DNA of 39,521 bases, taken from UHGV virus genome UHGV-0321984, one strand, 5' to 3'. Under the pieces are notes generated by a model, which was given only the letters and a program-made list of their open reading frames with translations, had not been told where the DNA came from and made no database searches. Shown here in pieces: positions 20,558 through 28,976 of this stretch. Position numbers and translations under genes: made by a program. The stretch's first letter is position 1. Every line of letters begins with the position of its first letter. This DNA is from a virus.

Positions 20558-22804
20558 CTATGAGTATTTTGTATTATTTTTACTTACTAATACGTATTTC
20601 CCTACCGCAGCCATCCAAGCCCATTGAGTAATCAAGCCAGTTCCAAATGAAACTGTTTTGGATAAATCATCAGGAACCACAAATTGAGTTTCATCAAAAC
20701 CACCAAAATTAAATGTGCCAGAGGATGAACGCACTAAAACAGTAATAACAGCAGTAGAACGTTCCGGTGATAATATTTTTATTTTATTCGTCATTGTACC
20801 GGAGCCGTAAATATCAATGAAATTATAATTTGAAATATCTAAATTAGAAGCATTTTGATAATTTAGATTTAAGAATCTAGTCATAGGCATTCCACGAGAA
20901 ATTTCAAAGTATACGCCATCCTGGTATTTAAAACGAATCGAGCTACCTCGACCAGCTATTGAAGGCCCTAATAAAAATACCGTAGAAGAACCTTTAATAG
21001 TTGTGTTGTCATCCCATAAATTAATTTCATAAGTCTCGCCGTCTTTACCATCTTTGAAATCATCAATTATCATTTTTTCAGAATTATTAGTTCGAAAATA
21101 TCTTCCGAATTTAAGCGAGGGAACTGATCCCTTTTCTAATTCTTGTATATCAAATAGTTGCCCTGCTTTCCCACCAGTCACAGAGCTAATTGCGACGTCA
21201 ACATTATTTGCATCTCTTCGGAGAGTCATATTCTGTGATAAGCTAATGCCAGAAATATTTAGATTGATTGTTTGATACGCTCTAGCTGGGCTTGCTGATC
21301 CCGTTTCATTGAAATTAACAATTGTAGTGTCAGCTACCGGAAAACTGGTATATTTACCTCCCCCAGTATCTCCAACTGCATCACCTAAACTTAGCGGAAC
21401 TGCACAGTCTATTGCAGAACAATTTGAAAATTGATTCCCGACACAGCTTAAGTCACCAACGTTACTAAAATAGTCACGTTTATATTGACTGAAGCCTACA
21501 CCACATTCTATTGCTCGACAATCTGAAATTTTATTGTTGATTGCTTCTCCTTTTCTATCAGACGCAGGTATATTGTCAGCTATTGCTCCGAATCCCCAGC
21601 TAGAATGTTTGTTAGCTTGACAGTTAATAAAATTAGTATTTTGAGCTTTTGATATAAAACCATGTATTCCATCATGTGTCTGGCAATTCGATACTGTAGT
21701 ATCTTTAACTAGTCCAGTGTATGATTCAATTAAAAAACCGTGATCACGTGCTATTGTGATACAGTTATCTATGGTAATATTACTAATTTCTTCTCGAATA
21801 TCAAAACCGTTTGGTTTATCTTTGTTTATGACACCAACGTTTTTCACAGTCGAACCACTTGATCCCGCTCTGAAATAGACACCACCGCCAGTAAATACAG
21901 TTCCATCAACTAAATCTCCATTTTCATATTTAGGTTTGATGCCTTCTATATGAATTTGTTTTCTGAAAGGGAAATTATTTGAAAGCACATATTTGCCAGC
22001 AGGAAAAAACAATTTTGAACCACTGGGCAAAGTAGACGCTATTTTCGTTAACTTATCGTAATTATCTGTGATGCCGTCATTTTTCAAACCAAGAGTCAAA
22101 ACATTAATACCACGCTGATCTAGATTTTTGTTGGTTTCATTTAATTTTGTAAGCAATGCTCCATTAGGATCGATGTTTTCTAGTACATCTTTAGAATCTT
22201 GCACGAACTTATTCCAGTTGTCCCATTGACTATTCATCTTATCAGCAAACTCATCGATTTTTTCATTTGCAACGTTCACTACAAAATTTACATTTTCTAA
22301 TGCTTCATTCAATGCGTCGGCTGCTTTTTGTTTAACTGCATCGAGTAGTTGTTGGAAGTCTGTAATGAAGTAGTCTGCTTTATCTTGTGCCAATCCATCA
22401 ATCTTAGAACGTTGCATACGGAACGTGAAACCTAAGTTATCGCTCGTTGATCCGTCTGAATATTCGATATACACATAAGTTTCCACCATGCCGTTATAAG
22501 CTTTCATGGCTTCTGGCAAGATGTACACGACATGTCCATTTAGAAAGCTTTCAGTGATAAGATTTTTCGTGATAAACGGAATTGGCTCTTTGGTCACTGT
22601 TCCGTCTATTTCGTCATAGATAAACATTAATAAGCGTAAGTTAGCGCCTAACAAGTCTGCGGGTGTGCCGTCTTGTTTTTCCACATTAAATTCTAGTGCC
22701 ACTTGGTTATCATATGATTTGAATACTAATCCAGTTGCTTTCAAATCAAAATCTTTCGGTTGCGTAGGCACTTTTATTGTCCCACTTTTAATGATTTGCA
22801 CCAT
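20558..22804 (-). CDS. Tail fibre / receptor-binding protein with a BppU-like N-terminus and a pectate-lyase-like beta-helix (probable depolymerase)
   Basis: 748 aa. The N-terminus is similar to baseplate upper protein. The central region has repeated N/D/G-rich beta-helix rungs (NCQTHDGIHGF, NCQANKHSSWGF, NCSAIDC). Confidence 0.6.
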   Translation of the reverse strand: MVQIIKSGTIKVPTQPKDFDLKATGLVFKSYDNQVALEFNVEKQDGTPADLLGANLRLLMFIYDEIDGTVTKEPIPFITKNLITESFLNGHVVYILPEAMKAYNGMVETYVYIEYSDGSTSDNLGFTFRMQRSKIDGLAQDKADYFITDFQQLLDAVKQKAADALNEALENVNFVVNVANEKIDEFADKMNSQWDNWNKFVQDSKDVLENIDPNGALLTKLNETNKNLDQRGINVLTLGLKNDGITDNYDKLTKIASTLPSGSKLFFPAGKYVLSNNFPFRKQIHIEGIKPKYENGDLVDGTVFTGGGVYFRAGSSGSTVKNVGVINKDKPNGFDIREEISNITIDNCITIARDHGFLIESYTGLVKDTTVSNCQTHDGIHGFISKAQNTNFINCQANKHSSWGFGAIADNIPASDRKGEAINNKISDCRAIECGVGFSQYKRDYFSNVGDLSCVGNQFSNCSAIDCAVPLSLGDAVGDTGGGKYTSFPVADTTIVNFNETGSASPARAYQTINLNISGISLSQNMTLRRDANNVDVAISSVTGGKAGQLFDIQELEKGSVPSLKFGRYFRTNNSEKMIIDDFKDGKDGETYEINLWDDNTTIKGSSTVFLLGPSIAGRGSSIRFKYQDGVYFEISRGMPMTRFLNLNYQNASNLDISNYNFIDIYGSGTMTNKIKILSPERSTAVITVLVRSSSGTFNFGGFDETQFVVPDDLSKTVSFGTGLITQWAWMAAVGKYVLVSKNNTKYS

Positions 22805-23562
22805 TATTTCACACCCTCTATTCTAACGATTTGGATTTCTGCATTTGTGCTTTTGTGGTAGTTCATATTTTCAGTGATTGCTACTTGGGCGGAACGAACG
22901 ATCTTATAGCTTGTATCCGTCACACGTTCTAATTTCAACTCATACATTTCCATACCGCCTGCATCGTCATATAAGTTAGTGAACATGACAACTGGCCCAG
23001 TCACGTTATTTGCTTCGTACACCTGACCGCCCCAACCTTGAATATGAATGCGGACGGAACTGTAGTGTTTCATGCTATCTTTTAAGTCTATCGTCGTACC
23101 CACGCCATGTTTTTCACCTTTGAATAGCTCGAAGGTTGTCACAACTTTTCGGAAACCCGGGCTATTATATCCGTTATCATCGTTATGCGTGCGCGCGATG
23201 TAGATGTTTCCGCCGTAACTGTCCGAAGCCCAAAGCAGTTTCCGTTTATTGTGTTCTTGCATAACACCTAGTAACATGATCGAACCATCGCCAAACATCG
23301 TTATCTGCCCGTTTTTGTACCATTGGTTAGTGGTGGCATAAAAGCCCGGTGGAACGTCATACACGTTAGTATACTTCCAGCCTAGCTCATTATCCTTCAA
23401 AGCAATACCACGCGCGTTCATTGCGATTTCAGGAGTACAAAAACCGGCATTTAACGGTGTAGCGTCCACGTGTGCTTGCTGTGGTGTGCCGTCGAAATGA
23501 ATTTCTAATTGTTGTAAAATCCATTTGACAGATTCTTGCAATTTTTTAATTTCTTTTTCCAC
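22804..23562 (-). CDS. Hypothetical tail/baseplate protein (252 aa)
   Basis: ORF inside the tail module; ATGA overlap with the downstream gene. Confidence 0.45.
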   Translation of the reverse strand: MEKEIKKLQESVKWILQQLEIHFDGTPQQAHVDATPLNAGFCTPEIAMNARGIALKDNELGWKYTNVYDVPPGFYATTNQWYKNGQITMFGDGSIMLLGVMQEHNKRKLLWASDSYGGNIYIARTHNDDNGYNSPGFRKVVTTFELFKGEKHGVGTTIDLKDSMKHYSSVRIHIQGWGGQVYEANNVTGPVVMFTNLYDDAGGMEMYELKLERVTDTSYKIVRSAQVAITENMNYHKSTNAEIQIVRIEGVK

Positions 23563-23574
23563 TGATTAAACCTC

Positions 23575-25395
23575 CTAATACGTGAAATTGCGATTAGTGT
23601 AGTGGCCCACACCTTGTACTTTGATCGTACGTTTTGCCGTATCAATTTGCACATTTGTGAAACCCGCTTCATTCGCTGTGTTGTATTCCTCTTCGGAAGG
23701 GAAGGCTTTTGTTCCTACAATGATTTGCGTTGTACCTAAATATTTCACTGTTTCATAATGCCAATGCCCCGCAAAGATTGCCGCAACTGTTCCGCGTCCT
23801 TTTGTTGCGAAGTTGTAAGTCTTTTGTCCCATAGGACTCGGGTTGTAACCGTTCATTGTATTGTAATCAATAGTTACGCTTGCTCCTTGTTTGAAGCCGT
23901 CTAGTAAGGTTCCTAGTTTCGTCACGTTTGCTACGTCGTTTTCTCTTTCCATAGGTACATGTCCTACAATTACAACGTGATAGCTTCTATCAAGTTGTTC
24001 TAACCATTGTCCAAAGGCATGCAATTGGTTTTGCCCTAGTTTTCCATGAGGAAACTCAGCACCGTTGTAATATCCAGAAAACTCGATGAATTTTCCTTGT
24101 GAGTTCGTATGATCTTCGAAGTCATCGGTATCGATACGGTAAATCGCAACTTTTTTGTTAGGGAACAAATTAGGGCCGTAACGGCTATCATATGCTACGG
24201 CAATATCCGATCCTGTCAACGAATCGAGCCGTGAACGTCCGTCGTTTGCGTATGGGATTTTACCTGTTTCGTGGTTACCACGGCAAAGAATGATCGGAAC
24301 TTCTGCGCCTGCTGTCGCTACGCTAGCAAAGCGTTTCAACACGTGTAAGTTCTTCGCGCGTCTTTCTTGTTCGGTATAAGGATAAATACCCGACGCTGTT
24401 CCTCCACTGTATCCGTCGATATTATCCCCGCCGTACACCATCGCGTCCGCAAAGGTTTCTAGCGTCCTGAATTGTCCGACAATGCTCCAACGACGTTCTG
24501 TTTTGTCCTTCTGGTCGAAGTGATCTAAGAATTGCTCGTGTGAATCGACGTGGATATCCGTCATGAATCCCATGTTAAACTTAGTTTTATCCGCTTGCGC
24601 GATCACTGTGTCTAAGTTAGTAGGGCGAACGTAGTTGTACGCTCCTCTGTCGTAGAAAAGTTTGTCTCTTTTGATTGGCACTTGTTCTGCACCTTTAGGA
24701 ACATTGAATGTTTTATTTTGAATATCGTCTAAGCGAGCGGCTAAACTGTCATAATCTCCTTTTGCTTCATTCAAAATGTTAATGATCGTACCACCTGGAT
24801 CGATATTTTCCAGTATTTCACGATTATCTTCTAACCACTGCTCCCAGTCATTTTTGCCCTGATCCATGTAATCTTTGAATTTTCTTAGCAAATCCTCAAA
24901 GGTCCACACATAGCCAGAATCACGTAACTGGCTTCTAGATATTCCAGAAATGACTCGATAGGTAAAATCCTGTGTGCTAAATTGTTCACTCCAAGTTCCG
25001 TCGCCATTGAGTGATCGGAAGCTGAAATGTGCGGTGTTTTCACCACCCCATTGCCAGTCAGGCTCACTTAAGGTGTAAACAAGCCTTGCTTGTGCTGGAC
25101 TGTATTCCTGTACTTTTTGTTCAACAGGTTGGTTTTCGCCAAATTTTGTTGTATTAATAAAAAATGGCACTAGGCCATCGAATGTTTTTAGTTTGCCATG
25201 TTCCACCACTTCAACAACGAACTTTTGTGTTAAAACATCCCCTTGCCGAATTCGAACCAAATTTATTCCGTTGTTTGGTTCGGTGGTGGATAGGACCATT
25301 TTATGCTGCGTTTCTGCCACGACTATCCCTCCTTTAGAAATCGATGTAGTCTCTTGCATTGTGAAAATGCGCTGCCGATGATGGATAAAACTCAT
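23575..25395 (-). CDS. BppU-like baseplate protein carrying a calcineurin-like metallophosphoesterase domain
   Basis: MPP motifs: D...H near DIHVDSH, then GDNID, GNHE and GH. The N-terminus is paralogous to the tail fibre (shared ...ENIDPxG..L..LNE segment). Start uncertain (ATG 25395 or 25359). Confidence 0.55.
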   Translation of the reverse strand: MSFIHHRQRIFTMQETTSISKGGIVVAETQHKMVLSTTEPNNGINLVRIRQGDVLTQKFVVEVVEHGKLKTFDGLVPFFINTTKFGENQPVEQKVQEYSPAQARLVYTLSEPDWQWGGENTAHFSFRSLNGDGTWSEQFSTQDFTYRVISGISRSQLRDSGYVWTFEDLLRKFKDYMDQGKNDWEQWLEDNREILENIDPGGTIINILNEAKGDYDSLAARLDDIQNKTFNVPKGAEQVPIKRDKLFYDRGAYNYVRPTNLDTVIAQADKTKFNMGFMTDIHVDSHEQFLDHFDQKDKTERRWSIVGQFRTLETFADAMVYGGDNIDGYSGGTASGIYPYTEQERRAKNLHVLKRFASVATAGAEVPIILCRGNHETGKIPYANDGRSRLDSLTGSDIAVAYDSRYGPNLFPNKKVAIYRIDTDDFEDHTNSQGKFIEFSGYYNGAEFPHGKLGQNQLHAFGQWLEQLDRSYHVVIVGHVPMERENDVANVTKLGTLLDGFKQGASVTIDYNTMNGYNPSPMGQKTYNFATKGRGTVAAIFAGHWHYETVKYLGTTQIIVGTKAFPSEEEYNTANEAGFTNVQIDTAKRTIKVQGVGHYTNRNFTY

Positions 25396-28180
25396 CCATA
25401 AATTGAAAATGTAAATGTTCTCCTGTTGACGGTCCAGTAGTGCCCATCAGTCCAATTTGCTGACCAGCAGTTACCTTCTGACCTTTTGAGACGTCTACTC
25501 GGCTTTGATGTGCGTAGCCTGTATACATTCCATCAGCGTGTTTAATCACTGTCCAATTTCCATACCAGTCAAAGTAATTTGCATCACCTGCAACAATCAC
25601 TTCGCCATCTGCTGATGCAAAAATAGGTGTATTAGGATTTCCATTTACAAGGTCAATACCGTTATGAAATTCTTGTGCGCCTGTAATTGGAGAAGTGCGC
25701 CAGCCAAATTCACTCGTCACTCTGATTGGATCTGCAATTGGTTTTATATATCCTTTTGATGCAGGAATTTCCAAATCTTTGAATTTGTCGTACCATTCTT
25801 GTGCCCATGTCGTCCGTTCTGGATGTGGATCACGTGGACGTTCAAAGTTAGCCACGAATGCTTGTGCTGCTGTGTTGATATCGGTTAGATTCATGAATTG
25901 TGTCCATGTGTAAGGATAAGCGCTAGTAACAAGCCATTGACCGTTCGGTGCATGCCACATCAACAATTTGAACTGCGCCGTGATCGTGTCTGGATCATCA
26001 CTGATGCCAGCCTTTGTCATTAAGTTGAGCATATAGACACGTCCGCTAGTTGCACCTGTGGAATCCGTCCATTGCCATATACCATATCCGAATCCTGGTG
26101 CGCCATTGCCCTCATCAGCGGTTGGATTAGCATCTGATTCTCCTTGAGCATTTCCAAGTAAGGCTGCAGCAGCTTGTTTAGTAAAGCCAGCACCTATTGC
26201 CATTGCCCAAATCTGCCAATAACGTTTATCCCGATCGGTAGTTACTTCTGGTGGATATTGTCCATTCCAACCGTTATCGTTTCCTCCAGTATTGTCTCCT
26301 CCAGTATTGCCTCCACCGTTTGTATCGATTTTAACGCCGTTCACATATAATTCTTTGACATCTAGACGGCCATCTATGGTTATATTTCCTTCTGAAAATT
26401 TACCATCACCGTAAAGATTATATTTGCGCTTATCAGCAGTAACGTCTGCTGGAATTTGAAAAACAGGATTCCCTCGATCGCCGCCGTCCCCAGCGTTAAT
26501 GGAAAAAATATAGTTTGGTTCTTTCCATACAGCAAACCCATTTATTTTTCCGCCTCCATAAGTTGCTACGATGGATCCAAGCGATTCTCCGTGAACATCG
26601 TCAAGCCCAGTTGAAATGACCTTTTTTTCAAAAGAAAGTTGTCCTCCTTCTGCCACTAATTGGAAATCTTTATCATCCAATGTCTTTAAAGCTACCCCTT
26701 GCACGAGAATACCTGAAAGAATTCCTGCTTTAATAAAATTAGCATTGAAAGTTCCATCCAACGTCCACGCAGTCGTGCTATCGCCATTGTGTACATCTTG
26801 GATTGTTTGCCATTCACCTTTTTTACACTGTTTGAAAGATATTCCTGAGTTATTTTGGACCATAAAAAAGCGTGATCTAGGAATGTTAGGTCCATCCATA
26901 TAAACAGTTTCATAGATTTCTCTACTATCACTAACACCAGCTTCAATTCCATTTACCCAATAAATAGAACCGCCATTATCTCCTGCGCCTCGCATAATGT
27001 CATCTTGATATTTTCCAATCTCTGTCGATTCGTAAAATGTCATTTTGCTAGATTCTAAACTATTAATATTATTGACAATAGAAGCCGTTTGTTTTCTAAC
27101 ATCTTGTGTTAAATTATCCCCTAATTCGATATTCGTTTGACCGGTAAGCCGATTGAATGTAGTTTTATAAATACGAGTTTTATAGTGATAACCTTTATCG
27201 TATCTGTGAATAGTCACTGTATTTCCTATCACATCTCCTCCAGTGATTTCGGCTTTGAATTGTACTAACGGTCTAGCAGAATCGATTAAGGTTGAATAAG
27301 TATTTTTAAGTAATTCTGTTGGATCATCTATATCATCAAACACTACTACGGTTTCTCGTTTTCTCATTGATCCATCTTTTTGTGGTATCCCATACTTTTG
27401 AGTTGCTTCCGGATCTTCAAGCCAATTTTGGCCTTTAGGCTTATCTAAAGGATCACCATTCGACTTTTTCCATTCAACATCAGTGAATTCAATTCTTCTA
27501 CCGTATCCGTCGCCGACCTCTTCGCCTCGCCCACGACCTATCATTGAAGTTGAGATTGAGCTTCTATCTATCTCTCTTACAACTGTTAATGCTTTACTAC
27601 CATATACAAAACGTGTATTCGATTCTTCACCAATTTGTTCATATACTTCGATCCATTTATCCTTTATTCCATCAGAATTCAAAGAACACCTAAAGACAAA
27701 TTCCATGCCTAAGGTTTGCAATTCTTTCAACGCTTCTTTTACAGAGACATAGTAAAAAGTTGCAGTTACTGCTGGTAACATTGCTTCTACGTGACCAACG
27801 CGCCAATTTCCTTCAGTAAATTCAATCAATCGATCAAGGACATTTTTTAAGGGCTGCCCACTCGGTCTAATATCTTTGATGATGTAAGCATCTAATTCAT
27901 TTGTTGCAAATCCTAACCCTGTAAACTCTAATGTTTCAGATGGGTCGCTAACTTTAGTAATTCGATACAACGAAAAAGACGACTCGTTTTCACGAATCGC
28001 CATATATCTTGCATCCTCTATTTCTTTATCATATTTTGTCGTAACGTATAGAGTATCTTTCATTAGATCGCTCTTATCAGAACTAATTTCTTTTTCTTGG
28101 GAGACTTCAATCAAACTTCTTGTATTTTTCCTTTTAATAAGTTTTTGCAAGTGATCAAAGAAATAAACTGTCTCACTCAA
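25334..28180 (-). CDS. Tail-associated lysin (Tal): prophage endopeptidase-tail domain plus lysozyme-like domain plus C-terminal M23 peptidase
   Basis: 948 aa. N-terminal prophage tail endopeptidase fold. The central GFGYGIWQWT region resembles a phage tail lysozyme domain. The C-terminus has HNGIDL...GEHLHFQF, an M23 zinc peptidase signature. Confidence 0.7.
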   Translation of the reverse strand: MSETVYFFDHLQKLIKRKNTRSLIEVSQEKEISSDKSDLMKDTLYVTTKYDKEIEDARYMAIRENESSFSLYRITKVSDPSETLEFTGLGFATNELDAYIIKDIRPSGQPLKNVLDRLIEFTEGNWRVGHVEAMLPAVTATFYYVSVKEALKELQTLGMEFVFRCSLNSDGIKDKWIEVYEQIGEESNTRFVYGSKALTVVREIDRSSISTSMIGRGRGEEVGDGYGRRIEFTDVEWKKSNGDPLDKPKGQNWLEDPEATQKYGIPQKDGSMRKRETVVVFDDIDDPTELLKNTYSTLIDSARPLVQFKAEITGGDVIGNTVTIHRYDKGYHYKTRIYKTTFNRLTGQTNIELGDNLTQDVRKQTASIVNNINSLESSKMTFYESTEIGKYQDDIMRGAGDNGGSIYWVNGIEAGVSDSREIYETVYMDGPNIPRSRFFMVQNNSGISFKQCKKGEWQTIQDVHNGDSTTAWTLDGTFNANFIKAGILSGILVQGVALKTLDDKDFQLVAEGGQLSFEKKVISTGLDDVHGESLGSIVATYGGGKINGFAVWKEPNYIFSINAGDGGDRGNPVFQIPADVTADKRKYNLYGDGKFSEGNITIDGRLDVKELYVNGVKIDTNGGGNTGGDNTGGNDNGWNGQYPPEVTTDRDKRYWQIWAMAIGAGFTKQAAAALLGNAQGESDANPTADEGNGAPGFGYGIWQWTDSTGATSGRVYMLNLMTKAGISDDPDTITAQFKLLMWHAPNGQWLVTSAYPYTWTQFMNLTDINTAAQAFVANFERPRDPHPERTTWAQEWYDKFKDLEIPASKGYIKPIADPIRVTSEFGWRTSPITGAQEFHNGIDLVNGNPNTPIFASADGEVIVAGDANYFDWYGNWTVIKHADGMYTGYAHQSRVDVSKGQKVTAGQQIGLMGTTGPSTGEHLHFQFMDEFYPSSAAHFHNARDYIDF

Positions 28181-28965
28181 ATTGTCGCCCCCCTATAGAA
28201 TATTTTAAGCTTCCCATTATTGCTAGTTATCTTCTGACCTTGCTTAAGATAAAAGTTCTCAAAATCACTTTCTAAATCAATCATAGAAGTACAATCTTCT
28301 CCGTTTACAGTTACCTGCTCATCGGAAAAATCAAAAACCAACACGTCTCCTGTTTTTATTGCCGCATCAGTTATCGTGATATTTTGTTCTCCGTTTGTAA
28401 TTTTGATTGAATTATTCATGGATAAAGTAACTTCAATTTTTCTTGGTGTTATAGGAAACTGTATCGGATTTCCAATATAGCCATCACTAACACACTCTTT
28501 CGTATACTTTAGTGGATCCGCACAGAATACATTAAAACTCGAAATAATCGAGTTGGAGTCTCCTGGAACAGTATCAGTTGATGTATAGCGACCGTAGTAA
28601 TAAAAATCTAATTCATCATGAAACCTAATTTCCACGTCTTCATTCCGGTATAAATAATTCAACAGCTCTTTGAATTTAAACTGTAATTTTTCTGGATCTC
28701 TGTCTTCCAACTTGTATGTTATTTTTAGTGTTCTTGGAGGTATTTTCTGATTTGTAATGATTGAACCAATTTGTATATCTTGCTGTTCAACTTCTATAGA
28801 AAGCATTTCTCTACCTTCCACCGTAAGTGTTTGATAACCCTCAATCAAATCTTCTAAATACATTCCATCGTACATCATGGCAGACGTCGGAAGGAATCGT
28901 TTAGAACTATTGAGATTAATGGTTGTATCTTTGAATGAGTACATTTTATTTTCTCGTTGATCCAA
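28177..28965 (-). CDS. Distal tail protein (Dit)
   Basis: 262 aa, between the tape measure and Tal; conserved siphovirus gene order. Confidence 0.5.
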   Translation of the reverse strand: MDQRENKMYSFKDTTINLNSSKRFLPTSAMMYDGMYLEDLIEGYQTLTVEGREMLSIEVEQQDIQIGSIITNQKIPPRTLKITYKLEDRDPEKLQFKFKELLNYLYRNEDVEIRFHDELDFYYYGRYTSTDTVPGDSNSIISSFNVFCADPLKYTKECVSDGYIGNPIQFPITPRKIEVTLSMNNSIKITNGEQNITITDAAIKTGDVLVFDFSDEQVTVNGEDCTSMIDLESDFENFYLKQGQKITSNNGKLKIFYRGATI

Positions 28966-28976
28966 AATATTCCCTC

